64,000 nucleotides of DNA from Piromyces finnis finn (Eukaryota > Fungi > Neocallimastigomycota), in NCBI GenBank assembly GCA_002104945.1, contig MCFH01000002.1, forward strand, positions 1,426,001 through 1,490,000. Reading direction: 5' to 3'. Shown piece after piece: positions 1 to 11,770 of this stretch. The position numbers and the translations under genes are program-made. The first letter of the stretch is position 1, and each line of letters starts with the position of its first letter. Below the pieces are notes generated by a model that did no database searches, was not told the origin of the DNA, and saw nothing but the letters and a program-made list of their open reading frames with translations.

Positions 1-3000
1 CATTTTTTTTGAAAAATTAATAAAAAAATTATTAATATTTTTTCAAATATGAAAAATATAAAGGATTAGATTATAATAATTTTATTTCATATTATACTCC
101 GATATTTTTTATAAAAATATATATATATAATTATATTCATAATATATGCAAAATATATAGAATAATAAATTTTTCAGGGTATAGGTTTGAAAATGAATTA
201 AAAAAAAATAGGAATATAAATTATTAAAAAAAAAGGCCTAATTATATTTTTATGGCATTACAATGTTGCATAATTAATATTTATTTCCATTTTTCCATAA
301 TAAATATATAAAAATAAAGTTTTAAGGATCGTATATATATAAAAGACATTAATATTCATACATTATTAGAGAATTTAGTATTTTTTAAAATATAATAATC
401 CTATCCTATAATTGTATTATTAATATTCTAAAATTTTACCTTTCCTTTACTATAATATTAAGTATCCATAGCTACGTTTAATGTTATATTTTATTAAATA
501 GAATATTACTTACTATATATTATTTATGTTTTTAATCTAATATTTATTACATTTTATTACATACTCGATAATAACTATAATAATTATTTTTAAATTATAT
601 AGAGCTTTGGTTAGAAATTATTTCGAAAAAAATTTTTTTTAAATGGTCGAAAGTGTTAAATTAAAAACTGATATAAAACATCATTCATATTTCTCTTACA
701 CAAACATCATTAGTATATTAAATATCACATTTTTTATACATAAAATAACAAAGTCTTAATGGTTTTTTCATTTTTTACTATTTTTCTCTTAATGGTTAAA
801 CTCTGTTAAACTCTCCTTTTTTTTTTTCATAAATATTTTTATAGGAAAATTTAAACAATTTAATGAAAATTTATTCCATAAATTTGATATATATTATATT
901 ATATATTAGAATTGTATTTAATTCTATTGATTATCCCTGTGTGATGAATATTATGATATAAGCTTTTTATTTATATTAAGTACTTAAATTAAAAATAATA
1001 TAATAATTTAATATAATTTGTGTAATGGTAAGTACCACAAATCTATATAGTCATTTGTATTAATTGTTTGGTGTAATACAAATTAAAGTATAATTTAATA
1101 ATTTAATAGACATGAAACGTTAATTACAACAATATATTATTTTGGAGAGCTTTATTATTATATAAAAATTATATAATTACTAATATATATAATAAATAAT
1201 ACATTACTATTATAGTATATAAAAATAAAAGTTTATATTATAATATATTTCAAAGATATAGTTATAATTAATTCTTTTTTTAATGTTAAATTTACATTAG
1301 ACTAATTTTTAAATTATTCATTTTAAATAATTAAGAAATATGAAGAAACTTCAATAAATATTAAAACAAAAGCATTACATCAATTACTTTACATCTTTCA
1401 TATTTAGCATTAATGCTAGAATCCTTTTTAACTTTAAGTCATTTGTTTTCCTATCTTTATAAAATTTACACTTGATACCATAAATATTAATAAACTACTA
1501 ATTATTTTTAAAAAAATAAAATATTTATTATAATGCTATTTTAAAGTGATTATTATGACTATTAATTAAATTTTTGTTTTAAATTATGACATAACTTTAA
1601 TTTATTAATATTGGATTTAACATTTACAAAGCCTTTGAGATGTATATATATATTTTTTAAATTCTATATCAAGTAATTGTATGAGCATATTTAATCTAAA
1701 ACAGTAAAAAAAAACTTTATTATTATTGTTTTTGATAAAGTAATACTATATACAATATTCTCATTTTAAACCTTTCTATAGTTATTATAGTGGGTAATGT
1801 TTTATAATTGTTTTATTTTATTTGTTTTTATTTTAATAGGGATTATATGAGGTGAATTTTTACTAAATTTTCATATTATTTACTATAGAAATTTCGGTTT
1901 TATAATTAAAACTATTTTTTATATTTATAAAATTTTTAAACTTTAATTTATGATAAAACTTTTTATGAGAATATTTAAAACCTATATATTAGTATAATAT
2001 ATTAATATTATTATTTAAAAAAGGTTTCATTGTGACAGGAATAAGCTTTAATTTTTTTATTTTTATCCGTTTTATTGAATTATCATATATATATATTTTA
2101 TATTTTTATATATGTAATAATGTATGAAACATATATAAAGTATTAGGTTAAGTATACAATTTAAAACATATTTTTATCATAATTAATTTTTATTAAATAA
2201 ATTATAATTAATAAAATTAATTAAATATAAAATTAAAGTTTCTTAAATATTAAAGATATGCAAAATGAAAATTAAAATCATTATTTAATAAAGTTAATTT
2301 AATAATTTTTTAATTTGAATTAATTTTTAATATATTATACCTATAATAGAGTGTTGAATTTTTGATTAGTAGGTGTTGTAACCGTTTATATGATCAACTT
2401 TGATTTACTATCCAAAAATAAATATTAAAATGAAATTAAAAATAAATATATGATTTTTTAGACCAAAAACATAAAAAAAAATTTTTTTTCAAAAATATTT
2501 CTTATTATTAATGATATAGTATAAAAAATAGCTTAGGAAAAATAAAATAAAATAAATATACCAGGTTATAATGTAATAATAGTAAGAAATGGTCAATAAC
2601 TAATTAAAAATTTATAGTATTAATTTTCAACATTTAACATTATATTAAAAATTGAAATATTTTTTTTATGATATATATTATCATTTTTTAAATTTAAGTA
2701 ATAGATGATATTTATTTTATATAATACTTTCTATTATTATATTTATTTACAATATTAATAGACGAATTATTTAAAATTTTATTTAGATATATTACTAATA
2801 GTATCAAACAAAAAAGTAGACCATTTTAGAAATTACAGAAATGAATGAATTTAATGTTGAAAAAGAATAATATTAATATTTATTAATATTTTCCTTTAGA
2901 AAAAAAAGGATGTAATTAATTAATTATAATTACAGAAATAAACCGTTTGAAAAGAAAGAATAATGTTAATAATTAATAAAAAGAAAGGCTGTTAATTATA

Positions 3001-5221
3001 ATTATATATTGAATTATGACTTCCGGAAAATGAAATACTTAATAAAAAGTATATGTCATATATAATAAAATTTAGTTTTAATTATTGGTTATATTTTCTA
3101 CTCTAAAGAGAGTGGTACAAGTATAATATTCCTAAAAATTTAACAAAGTAAATCTACTCCTGGTATTTAAAGAAATTTAATTTGATGTCGGGGATTTAAA
3201 TCATAATACCATACGGATGAAAAAAAAGAAATAAAATTTTACTGCACTTTATTAATTATTATAATTCTTTTTATTTTTCACTAGTTTTTTAATTATTATT
3301 AAAAAACTAATAATATTTCTCATAATTATTAAATTATGAAAATATTTTTATAGTGATAATCACTTATTTTAATTAAATAATAAATTATTAGCCGTTTTTT
3401 TTTTAAAGTTATGACTGCAATTTAAATTTCATTTTTAAGTAAAAGTGATACTTTCTTTAAATAAATAAAAAAAAAACAATTAATAACTAAAGCACAATTT
3501 TTTTTATTACTTTGTTTTTTTGTTTCATATTTGTAATAAGCAGTTTCATAGTTAATTTACTTTATTTTTTTATAAAAATTGAATTTGTGTCATTTAAAAA
3601 AAATGATTTTTTTAAAAATTATGTTGAAATATTTTTCAAATAAATATAATATATTATAGTCAATAATAAATATATTAACAATTTATTACTAATTATAGTT
3701 AATATTATTTTACATTAAATATGATATAAAGTTTAATTAATGATTTATAATAAAATAAGTTTGAAATACAAAATTTAATTTATTTATAATTTTAATATGT
3801 TTTAAGTAACTATAAATTATATAATAAAAGAACGAATGAAATTAAAAATATATTAATAATCACAATATTAAACTTTTTAAAATAATTAATATATGTTTTT
3901 AACATAGTCTTATATTTCGGAGATAATAAAAAATATTATTTTGTTATTATCAAAAATAAAGCAATTTATTATTATTATTATTATTACTAGCTCATAAGAT
4001 TTTCTATTAATTAATCACAATACTATGTTATTCATTTTTTAGTTAATAACACATATACTCTATTTTAAATACAATAAATTGATATTTTTTTTGTATTGAA
4101 ATATGTATTGTTAATGTTTATACAATGTAATTATTCTTTTTTTTTTTTTTTATTATTATATTAATAATATGTAACTTATTTTTTTGCAGTATAGCTATAT
4201 AATCTATTAATATATAATTTTAAAAGTACCATTTCTTATAATTACTATTAAATATATTAGTTTAGTAAATTAATATTATATGGTTATTTTATGAGAGAAA
4301 TATTTAATATATAATATAATAATAATTAAATATATATGTTTTAAGTTTTCCAATATATTTATTAGTATTAACCAATTCAAAAAATATTAAAAAATTAATT
4401 TCATTTTAACCTAGCCAATGATACTTCTTCTCCTATCCATTTTTGTGTAATATATGAATAATATTAGCATACATTCATATATAAATTAATATAAATAATA
4501 TATATAATAAAATTGAAAAAAGAGATACATATATATAATATTCAATAAACTTGTGATTAATATATAATATTTATATTCTATTAATTTAAAAGAAATAAAA
4601 AAGGTTGGTGAACTCTTTTTCTAATATATGTATATTAATTTTAATTAAATAATATAATATTATAATGATATAATTGATATTTTATTAATTATTAAAATTA
4701 GTATTAATATATTAGGCTTTTTTAATAAAATAGTTTTATATTAGAATATATTAAAATAAATAGTAAAATATATTGATCCCAATATACATATGATATATTT
4801 AATCATATATTTTTATGTTACATAAGTAAACACATTATATTTTATACTATTTTTAAAAAATTATTTAAAGGACAAAAATTTCTCTTTTAATTTAAAATTC
4901 AATAAAAATTGTATTAACAAACAATTAAAAATAACATATTTTAAAAAAAATTTAAAAAAAAAAATGTTTTAAAAATTTATAATTTTCTTTATAAAAAATT
5001 GAAAGTTTTATTGAATAAAACAATTAAAAATGTTTTAAAAAATGCTTAACAAAATTTTCGTTAATAGAAAATAGTTTTAAAATAATTCGATATTATATAA
5101 AATGTTTTCTAATATTTATTAAAAAATAATATATTGTATATATTATTTAAATTTTTATTTAAATACTTTTTTTAACGAACTCAAAATTATGAGTATAAAT
5201 AATAAATAAAAATTAATATTC

Positions 5222-5338
5222 TTGATAGATTTCGCTTCGGCATCTTAAAAATATAATGTTTTTACGAATTTTCTAAATGAAAAGGATAGTGGGTGACCGA
5301 CACTGAGGTACTGCGTATCTTCGTGCAGAATATCTACG
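5222..5338 (+). ncRNA. Candidate structured RNA/DNA element, copy 1 (type I)
   Basis: GC-richer island TTGATAGATTTCGCTTCGGCA...TGACCGACACTGAGGTACTGCGTATCTTCGTGCAGAATATCTACG, repeated with base-pair covariation at 5517, 5692 and 6280. Strand assignment is tentative: several G-U pairs fit the + strand. Confidence 0.55.
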
Positions 5339-5384
5339 GAATATAAATATCGCAAGACATCATAACAAATAAGAAATAAATTGT

Positions 5385-5486
5385 ATGATATAATTCTTCT
5401 CGGAAATGCTTCTAATAATGCAAGTCATTTATTTTGAAACATCTGATACCAAAGGAAACTAGCTTTTCAATAAAAAGAATATCTAC
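5385..5486 (+). repeat. Decayed copy of the same element (type II-like)
   Basis: TTCTTCTCGGAAATGCTTCTAATAATGCAAGTCATTTAT...CCAAAGGAAAC...AGAATATCTAC aligns collinearly with copy 3 (TTCGTTTCGGCAATATTTCTAATATGCTAGTTCATGTAT...CCAGAGGAAAC...AGATTATCTAC) but has lost the core pairings. Confidence 0.55.
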
Positions 5487-5516
5487 TATTTATTAAATTC
5501 AAAAATATAGTAAATT

Positions 5517-5664
5517 TGATGAATTTCGTTTCGGCATCTTAAAAATATAATGTTTTTACGAATTTTCTAAAAAAGAAATTTATTTTGAAAATAAAATTCC
5601 AAATTGAAAAGGATAGTGGGTGACCGACACTGAAGTACTGTGTACTCCCGTGCAGAATATTTGC
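5517..5664 (+). ncRNA. Candidate structured element, copy 2 (type I with extended internal hairpin)
   Basis: Same core (TTGAT..TTCGTTTCGGCA...TGACCGACACTGAAGTACTGTGTACTCCCGTGCAGAATAT), plus a self-complementary insert of about 30 nt lengthening an internal stem. Confidence 0.55.
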
Positions 5665-5691
5665 AATTTACTATTAAACTGAAAATTAAAT

Positions 5692-5796
5692 TTGATGGAT
5701 TTCGTTTCGGCAATATTTCTAATATGCTAGTTCATGTATGGAAAAAATGACCGACGCCAGAGGAAACAGGTATTTCCTTCGCGCAGATTATCTACG
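5692..5796 (+). ncRNA. Candidate structured element, copy 3 (type II)
   Basis: TTGATGGATTTCGTTTCGGCA...TGACCGACGCCAGAGGAAACAGGTATTTCCTTCGCGCAGATTATCTACG; different variable region, same core pairings. Confidence 0.55.
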
Positions 5797-6279
5797 ATTT
5801 AATTTTTAGACTATTAATGCAAAACGAATTTAAATTAATGAATTTTAAAAATTGTATATGCAAGCTCATATATGAAAATTAAGAATAAAAAAGAAGTTAG
5901 CTGGCTCTACTTCTTGAAAATTCTATAATTATTTATTTATTACATAATTACGTTTAGAAAAATTCAATAAGACAATAAAGTGCTTTAGACATTTTAATTG
6001 TATAGTTTTAGAATTTTTTTATTTTCATCATACAGTATAAGTCATTAGAGTTTATTTTCATATATTTATTTTTTGATAAAATATTATAATTAAAAATCAA
6101 ACATAAATTATTTATTTTTTGATAAAATAACAAGCAAAAAATGATATCCCGAAGAAAACCAAACCAAAAATCACTAAAAATCATCTCATAACATAATTAT
6201 TTTTTTTCCTTGTAAATCAAGAAAAAAAGAGTTTGCTTTTCTTTTTGACAAAGAAATTATTAAAATTAACAAGAAATTA

Positions 6280-6420
6280 TTGATAGTTTACGCTTCGGCA
6301 TTTTAAAAACGTAATGTTTTTACGAATTTTCTTTAAATCTAATTTTGAAAATAAAATTTAAAGAAAAGGATAGTGAGTGACCGACGCTGAGGTACAGGTG
6401 CCTTCGCGCAGTAATCTACG
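6280..6420 (+). ncRNA. Candidate structured element, copy 4 (type I)
   Basis: TTGATAGTTTACGCTTCGGCA...TGACCGACGCTGAGGTACAGGTGCCTTCGCGCAGTAATCTACG, with insert hairpin CTTTAAAT..ATTTAAAG. Confidence 0.55.
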
Positions 6421-7570
6421 TAATTTATAATGTCATTTATATCAGCTTAAATAGCTAAAAAGTATAAATATAAATACAAATGTAAAAAAAAAAAAAAAAG
6501 GTTGTTGTTTTTTTATGCTAAAAAAAAATAACAAATTATAATATATATAATAAATAAAAAATAAAATTTGTATTATATCTTTAGATAAAAAAAAAAAAAA
6601 AAGCAAGTGTAAAATTTTTGTATATTTAAATTTTTTTATTTTATTTAAAGATGAATAGAGTGTTTATGAAATTAAATGAGAATTGATTAATGTTGATAGT
6701 CTATTAGTTTATTTTCCAAAAAGAAGTCTTTTAAATTTTTGGAGAATAAAATTAAATGCTCTTTATTTTTATTCTTGAAGTAATAAAAAGTATGAAAAAA
6801 TAATTGCCAATTTTTAAAAACTATTCTAATTGAAGTAAAAATTATATACTAAAAATTATAAAATTAAGCATATCATGATAAATTATTAATGCCTAATAAT
6901 AATATTTTACATCATTGTTACAATTGTTAGTAATACTAATAATAATCAATAAACTTATGTTTGACTATTCACTTCATCAATAATAATTTAATAATAGTAA
7001 TAATAAAAAAAAAAAACTCATAGTAAATTTAAGAGACAAGAAGTAACAATAAATAAAATTTTACATTATTTATTAGAACATTTTGTATTAGGCATTTTTA
7101 TTATTTTTATTGACAGTAGTAACATTTAATAAATAGTTCTTTTATTAATTAAAAGGATAAAAAATTAATAATAATGCTACATAAATATTTAGTTTTTGTT
7201 AATCCCAAGAAAAAAACATATTTACTTACAGAATAAAATGTTTGTAATCTTTTAATAATAATATTTTTTTTTTTATTAGAATTATAAATTAAATTTTAAA
7301 GAGGAATATTTGGACTGGACAATTGAAATGTTTAATGTTTAATAATAATATCATTAAAATTTGGAAATAACCATTATTTATAAAAAACAGAAAATAAAAA
7401 GGAAGTTTTATCATTTTTTACTACTTTGATCATTTTTGAACTTTTATATTGAAATTAATATTAATAATATTATTGCTTGAATATAAAAATAATTTTTAAA
7501 CTTTCAATATATCTAAAGTCAAAATCAAAAAACACCTTAATATAATATATTTAAAATTAAATTCTACCAC

Positions 7571-7713
7571 AATATATAGTATAAAAAAAAATATCAAAAC
7601 GAAAAAATATATATTATATTAAATACAATGTATAATATAATTATTATTTAATTTCTTTTATTTCTGTGTATTTTAATAATTATATTTAATTATTTATTGA
7701 TATATATTAATAT

Positions 7714-7747
<34 letters not shown>

Positions 7748-10596
7748 CTATTATCTTATTATTAAAATAATTAAATTTTTATTTTTTAATTTTATTAATT
7801 TTTATTACTAACAAACCATTATTGGTTATTTTTGATGTAATATTCATAAGATCAGCATCATCTGGAATCTTTATCTTTGTGGTTTCTTTAATATTTTCTT
7901 GTATATGTTTTTTCAAGTGAGCTTTGCTTTTAGTCTCTCTTTCCTTATTATTTTTTTTCTTTTTATCTTTTTCATTAGGATCCTTTCCAATAATAGATAA
8001 AATATGCTTTTTATTATATTTAATTTTAATTTGATCTTTTTCTAATCCAGATAAATAAACATAAATGTAATAGTTATTTTCATTTTGCTTAATGACCGGT
8101 AAGGATCTACTCATCTTTTTCATTGAATGATTTTTCATTGAATGATTTTTCATTGAATGATTTTTCATTGAATGATGCCAATCAAATGGAACAAATGAAT
8201 TTAAGAAATGACAGTGTTTATTACGATATAATGAACGGCCACGATGACAATGATGATGATAAAGATGATGATGACAACGATGTTTAAATAAATTTATAGA
8301 ATACCAACCTTTGTGACATTTATTCTTCCATTTATTTTTACATTTATTTTTACATTTATTTTTATATTTATTTATAATATGTCCTTCAAATGGATTTTTA
8401 AATGGTCCTAATGAATGACAACGACGATGTCCATGATGTCCATAATTACCAATATGTCCTTCGAATGGATTTTTAAATGGACCTAATGAATGGCAATGAC
8501 GATGTCCATGATGTCCATGATGTTCATGATGACTTTCAAATGGACCTAATGAATGGCAACGACGATGTCCATGATGTCCATGGTGTCCATGATGACTTTC
8601 AAATGGACCTAATGAATGGCAACGACGATGTCCGTGATGTCCATAATTACCAATATGTCCTTCAAATGGATTTTTAAATGATCCTAAAGAGTGATAACAA
8701 TGACCATAGTGATGATATGCATGTCCAATATGATCTTGATAAATATTATTTTTATGAATATTATTTTTATGAATATTATTTTTATGAATGTTATTATGAT
8801 TGATACATTCAAAATTGTTCATTGATTGTAAAAATTGACGAAGACAATGACAATTAAAACGTGAATTTTCAAGTAGATATTTTTCACCAAAAGAACAATG
8901 ACTAGGATGGATCAAATGATGGATCGAACGACAGAAAGGTGGTGATGATTTTGAGTAAAGAGAAAAATTATGGTGACAGTGTTGATGATGCTTTTGTTGA
9001 TCAGTAGAATCAAAAGAATGATGAACTGAAATAGGTTTAAAAGCACAAAAACGAATATTATGACGACGACGATAACTGTAAAAATGACGATCATGAAAAT
9101 GTTTATGAAGATGTCCATGAAGATGTCCATGAAGATGTCCATGAAGATGTCCATGAAGATGTCCATGAAAATGACCATGAAGATGTCCATGAAAATGACC
9201 ATGAAAATGTCCATGAAAATGTCCATGAAGATGACCGTGAGAATGGAAATGATGATTCATTTTCATGAAATAATACCATTGACCATCACCCAATCCCAAT
9301 AAGTATTTTTTCATTAAAGAATGACAATGATGATAATTTCTAAATGAATTAAATGGTCTAAATGGTTTCATAAAATGGTGTGGATGTCTTATTGGTACCA
9401 TGTGCTTCATTGGTGGACATGAATGACCATGACCAAAAGGTCTCGTTGGTTTTAGTTCATGCCCGAAGCTAGAATTGAAGTGTTGATGTTTTTTTGGACG
9501 AAAAGAATCATTAAATTTATGAGGACTACAAATATCATGAAAATGACCTTTAAATTCATGATGACCATGAAATCCATGAGAATGATTTTTAAATAAATGA
9601 CCAAATTCATGATGACCATGGCGACCATAACGACCATGATGGTTATAATAAGCATGAGGACCATAATAAGCATGAGGACTATTAAATCCATGAGGATCAT
9701 GAGAATCATTAGGATCATGAGGACTATTAAATCCATGAGGACCATGAGGACCATGAGGATCATGAGAACTATTAAATCCATTTGGACCATGAGGATCATG
9801 AGAATCATGAGAACTATTAAATCCATTTGGACCATGAGGATCATGAGAATCATGAGAACTATTAAATCCATTTGGACCATGAAAATCTGGCATTAAAGCA
9901 TAGCCAAAATTATTACCACAGTGTTCATTTTTATGATAAAAGTAGCCATAATGATGACCATAATGACTATGATAACCATGATGATCATGACAACCACGAA
10001 GATTATTATCATGATTAAATGAGACAGTTCTTTGATTAGGATGACCAAAGTCATGATTTAAAGCACCATTAAAACAATTGCCTCCAAAAAATGAAGGTAA
10101 TGGTTTACCATAGTTAAAAAGCATTCTTTTTTATTTTTTATTTTTTTTAATTATTAATAATACTAATACTAATAATAATACTAAAAATTTTATTTTATTT
10201 TTTTTAATTGTAAATTGCTATATTATATATATAATAAACTATATATTTTAATTAAATATTATATTTTAATAATTAATATTTAATTGATGAAAAAAAAAAA
10301 AAAAAAAAAGAAAAAGAAAAACTTTGACTTTTTATATTTTCAAGTAAACTTTACATTTATATTATATGTTCCATTCTGATATAAGGTATTGAATTACAAA
10401 TCCAAGGAATAAAGTAAATTTTATTTTAATTTATTGTTAATATAATAAAAACAAATGATTTTTTAACGAATTAGTAATAAAATATATATTAAAATATATA
10501 TAATTGAATTTATTACTAATTCAAAAAATTGTTTAATATATTTATTAAAGTTTTTGATCTTTTTTTTCTTTTTTTTTTTCAGAGTTTCTATAGAAT
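7571..10596 (-). repeat. Left arm of large inverted repeat (gene palindrome)
   Basis: Reverse complement of 11302-15850, including ~470 bp upstream and ~200 bp downstream non-coding sequence. Identity breaks at ...GAGTTTCTATAGAAT (10596) and at ~7571 (AATATATAGTATAAAA). Confidence 0.95.
7779..10124 (-). CDS. His/Gly/Cys-rich repeat protein with C-terminal Hsp20/alpha-crystallin-like domain (781 aa, short paralog)
   Basis: Intronless ORF. The C-terminus (YYIYVYLSGLEKDQIKIKYNKKHILSIIGK...KIKIPDDADLMNITSKITNNGLLVIKINK) matches the alpha-crystallin-domain pattern (LPG..KEDIKI..LTISG...LPddvD...I.ak..NGvL.I.iPK). The N-terminal ~670 aa consist of several His-rich repeat blocks. Confidence 0.8.
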   Translation of the reverse strand: MLFNYGKPLPSFFGGNCFNGALNHDFGHPNQRTVSFNHDNNLRGCHDHHGYHSHYGHHYGYFYHKNEHCGNNFGYALMPDFHGPNGFNSSHDSHDPHGPNGFNSSHDSHDPHGPNGFNSSHDPHGPHGPHGFNSPHDPNDSHDPHGFNSPHAYYGPHAYYNHHGRYGRHGHHEFGHLFKNHSHGFHGHHEFKGHFHDICSPHKFNDSFRPKKHQHFNSSFGHELKPTRPFGHGHSCPPMKHMVPIRHPHHFMKPFRPFNSFRNYHHCHSLMKKYLLGLGDGQWYYFMKMNHHFHSHGHLHGHFHGHFHGHFHGHLHGHFHGHLHGHLHGHLHGHLHGHLHKHFHDRHFYSYRRRHNIRFCAFKPISVHHSFDSTDQQKHHQHCHHNFSLYSKSSPPFCRSIHHLIHPSHCSFGEKYLLENSRFNCHCLRQFLQSMNNFECINHNNIHKNNIHKNNIHKNNIYQDHIGHAYHHYGHCYHSLGSFKNPFEGHIGNYGHHGHRRCHSLGPFESHHGHHGHHGHRRCHSLGPFESHHEHHGHHGHRHCHSLGPFKNPFEGHIGNYGHHGHRRCHSLGPFKNPFEGHIINKYKNKCKNKCKNKWKNKCHKGWYSINLFKHRCHHHLYHHHCHRGRSLYRNKHCHFLNSFVPFDWHHSMKNHSMKNHSMKNHSMKKMSRSLPVIKQNENNYYIYVYLSGLEKDQIKIKYNKKHILSIIGKDPNEKDKKKKNNKERETKSKAHLKKHIQENIKETTKIKIPDDADLMNITSKITNNGLLVIKINKIKK

Positions 10597-11770
10597 GAAT
10601 ATAAATATAATTGATATAAATATATTTTATGGAATAATTATTTACTATATGTATTTCTCCTCACAAAACTGATATTAACTTATATATAAAATATTCATTT
10701 TTATTGTATTATTATATTATTAAATACTAACAAAGAATTAATTAATTACAAGACTAATTCTGATATTAGTATTTTAATATCATGTAATTTTTATCTTAAA
10801 AAATTTCAGCAGGAATAGTTTTAATCATTAAAGATATTGAATTAGCAAAATGTATAAAATTTCTAAAACATCAATTCATACCATAGTTTTATTAGAATGA
10901 AAATCTAATATCTATTTAGTTAATATTATTTGTTAATTATTAATAATATAATAAATATAATAATATTAAAAATATAATTGAAAAAAATAAATATTAAAAT
11001 TATTAATTACAATAAATTTATAAAAAATTATTATTTATAATATTATAATAGTTTATAATTAGTATATTAATAGTGCAACTCTTAAAAGTTTAATATTCCT
11101 ATCTAAACAATAAGAATTAATTACTAATGAAATAATTATCTGTAATGTGGCAAGAATATTAGCAATATTAAAAATTAAACAAATAATATAATAGTTTAAA
11201 ATATTGATAATTATAACATTTATTTTAAGTTTATATTATTAATATTCTTTATTTTTTAATTATTTCAATTTATATTAGAAGCTAATCCATATATACTTGA
11301 TATTCTATAGAAACTCCGTAAAAAAAAAAAAAAAAGATCAAAAACTTTAATAAATATATTAAACAATTTTTTGAATTAGTAATAAATTCAATTATATATA
11401 TTTTAATATATATTTTATTACTAATTCGTTAAAAAATCATTTGTTTTTATTATATTAACAATAAATTAAAATAAAATTTACTTTATTCCTTGGATTTGTA
11501 ATTCAATACCTTATATCAGAATGGAACATATAATATAAATGTAAAGTTTACTTGAAAATATAAAAAGTCAAAGTTTTTCTTTTTCTTTTTTTTTTTTTTT
11601 TTTTTCATCAATTAAATATTAATTATTAAAATATAATATTTAATTAAAATATATAGTTTATTATATATATAATATAGCAATTTACAATTAAAAAAAATAA
11701 AATAAAATTTTTAGTATTATTATTAGTATTAGTATTATTAATAATTAAAAAAAATAAAAAATAAAAAAGA

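Noticed and set aside
5222-5226. Every intact copy starts with TTGAT, the target motif of ISDra2 TnpB
   Set aside because: No TnpB/Fanzor or Y1 transposase ORF in the window; more simply part of the conserved element.
5287-5298. TAGTGGGTGACC matches a stretch of fungal 5S rRNA (C-box region)
   Set aside because: Only 12 nt, absent from the type II copy, and the rest does not resemble 5S; insufficient to call a 5S-derived SINE.
5222-6420. CRISPR array, tRNA, or known ribozyme (hammerhead/HDV) interpretation of the repeated element
   Set aside because: No constant repeat with unique equal-length spacers and no cas genes; no cloverleaf or B-box; no CUGANGA/GAAA core in the right order on either strand; HDV nested-pseudoknot order not satisfied.
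10125-11770. Heat-shock elements upstream of the Hsp20-like genes
   Set aside because: No convincing array of three alternating nGAAn units found; TTCTATAGAA has the wrong spacing.
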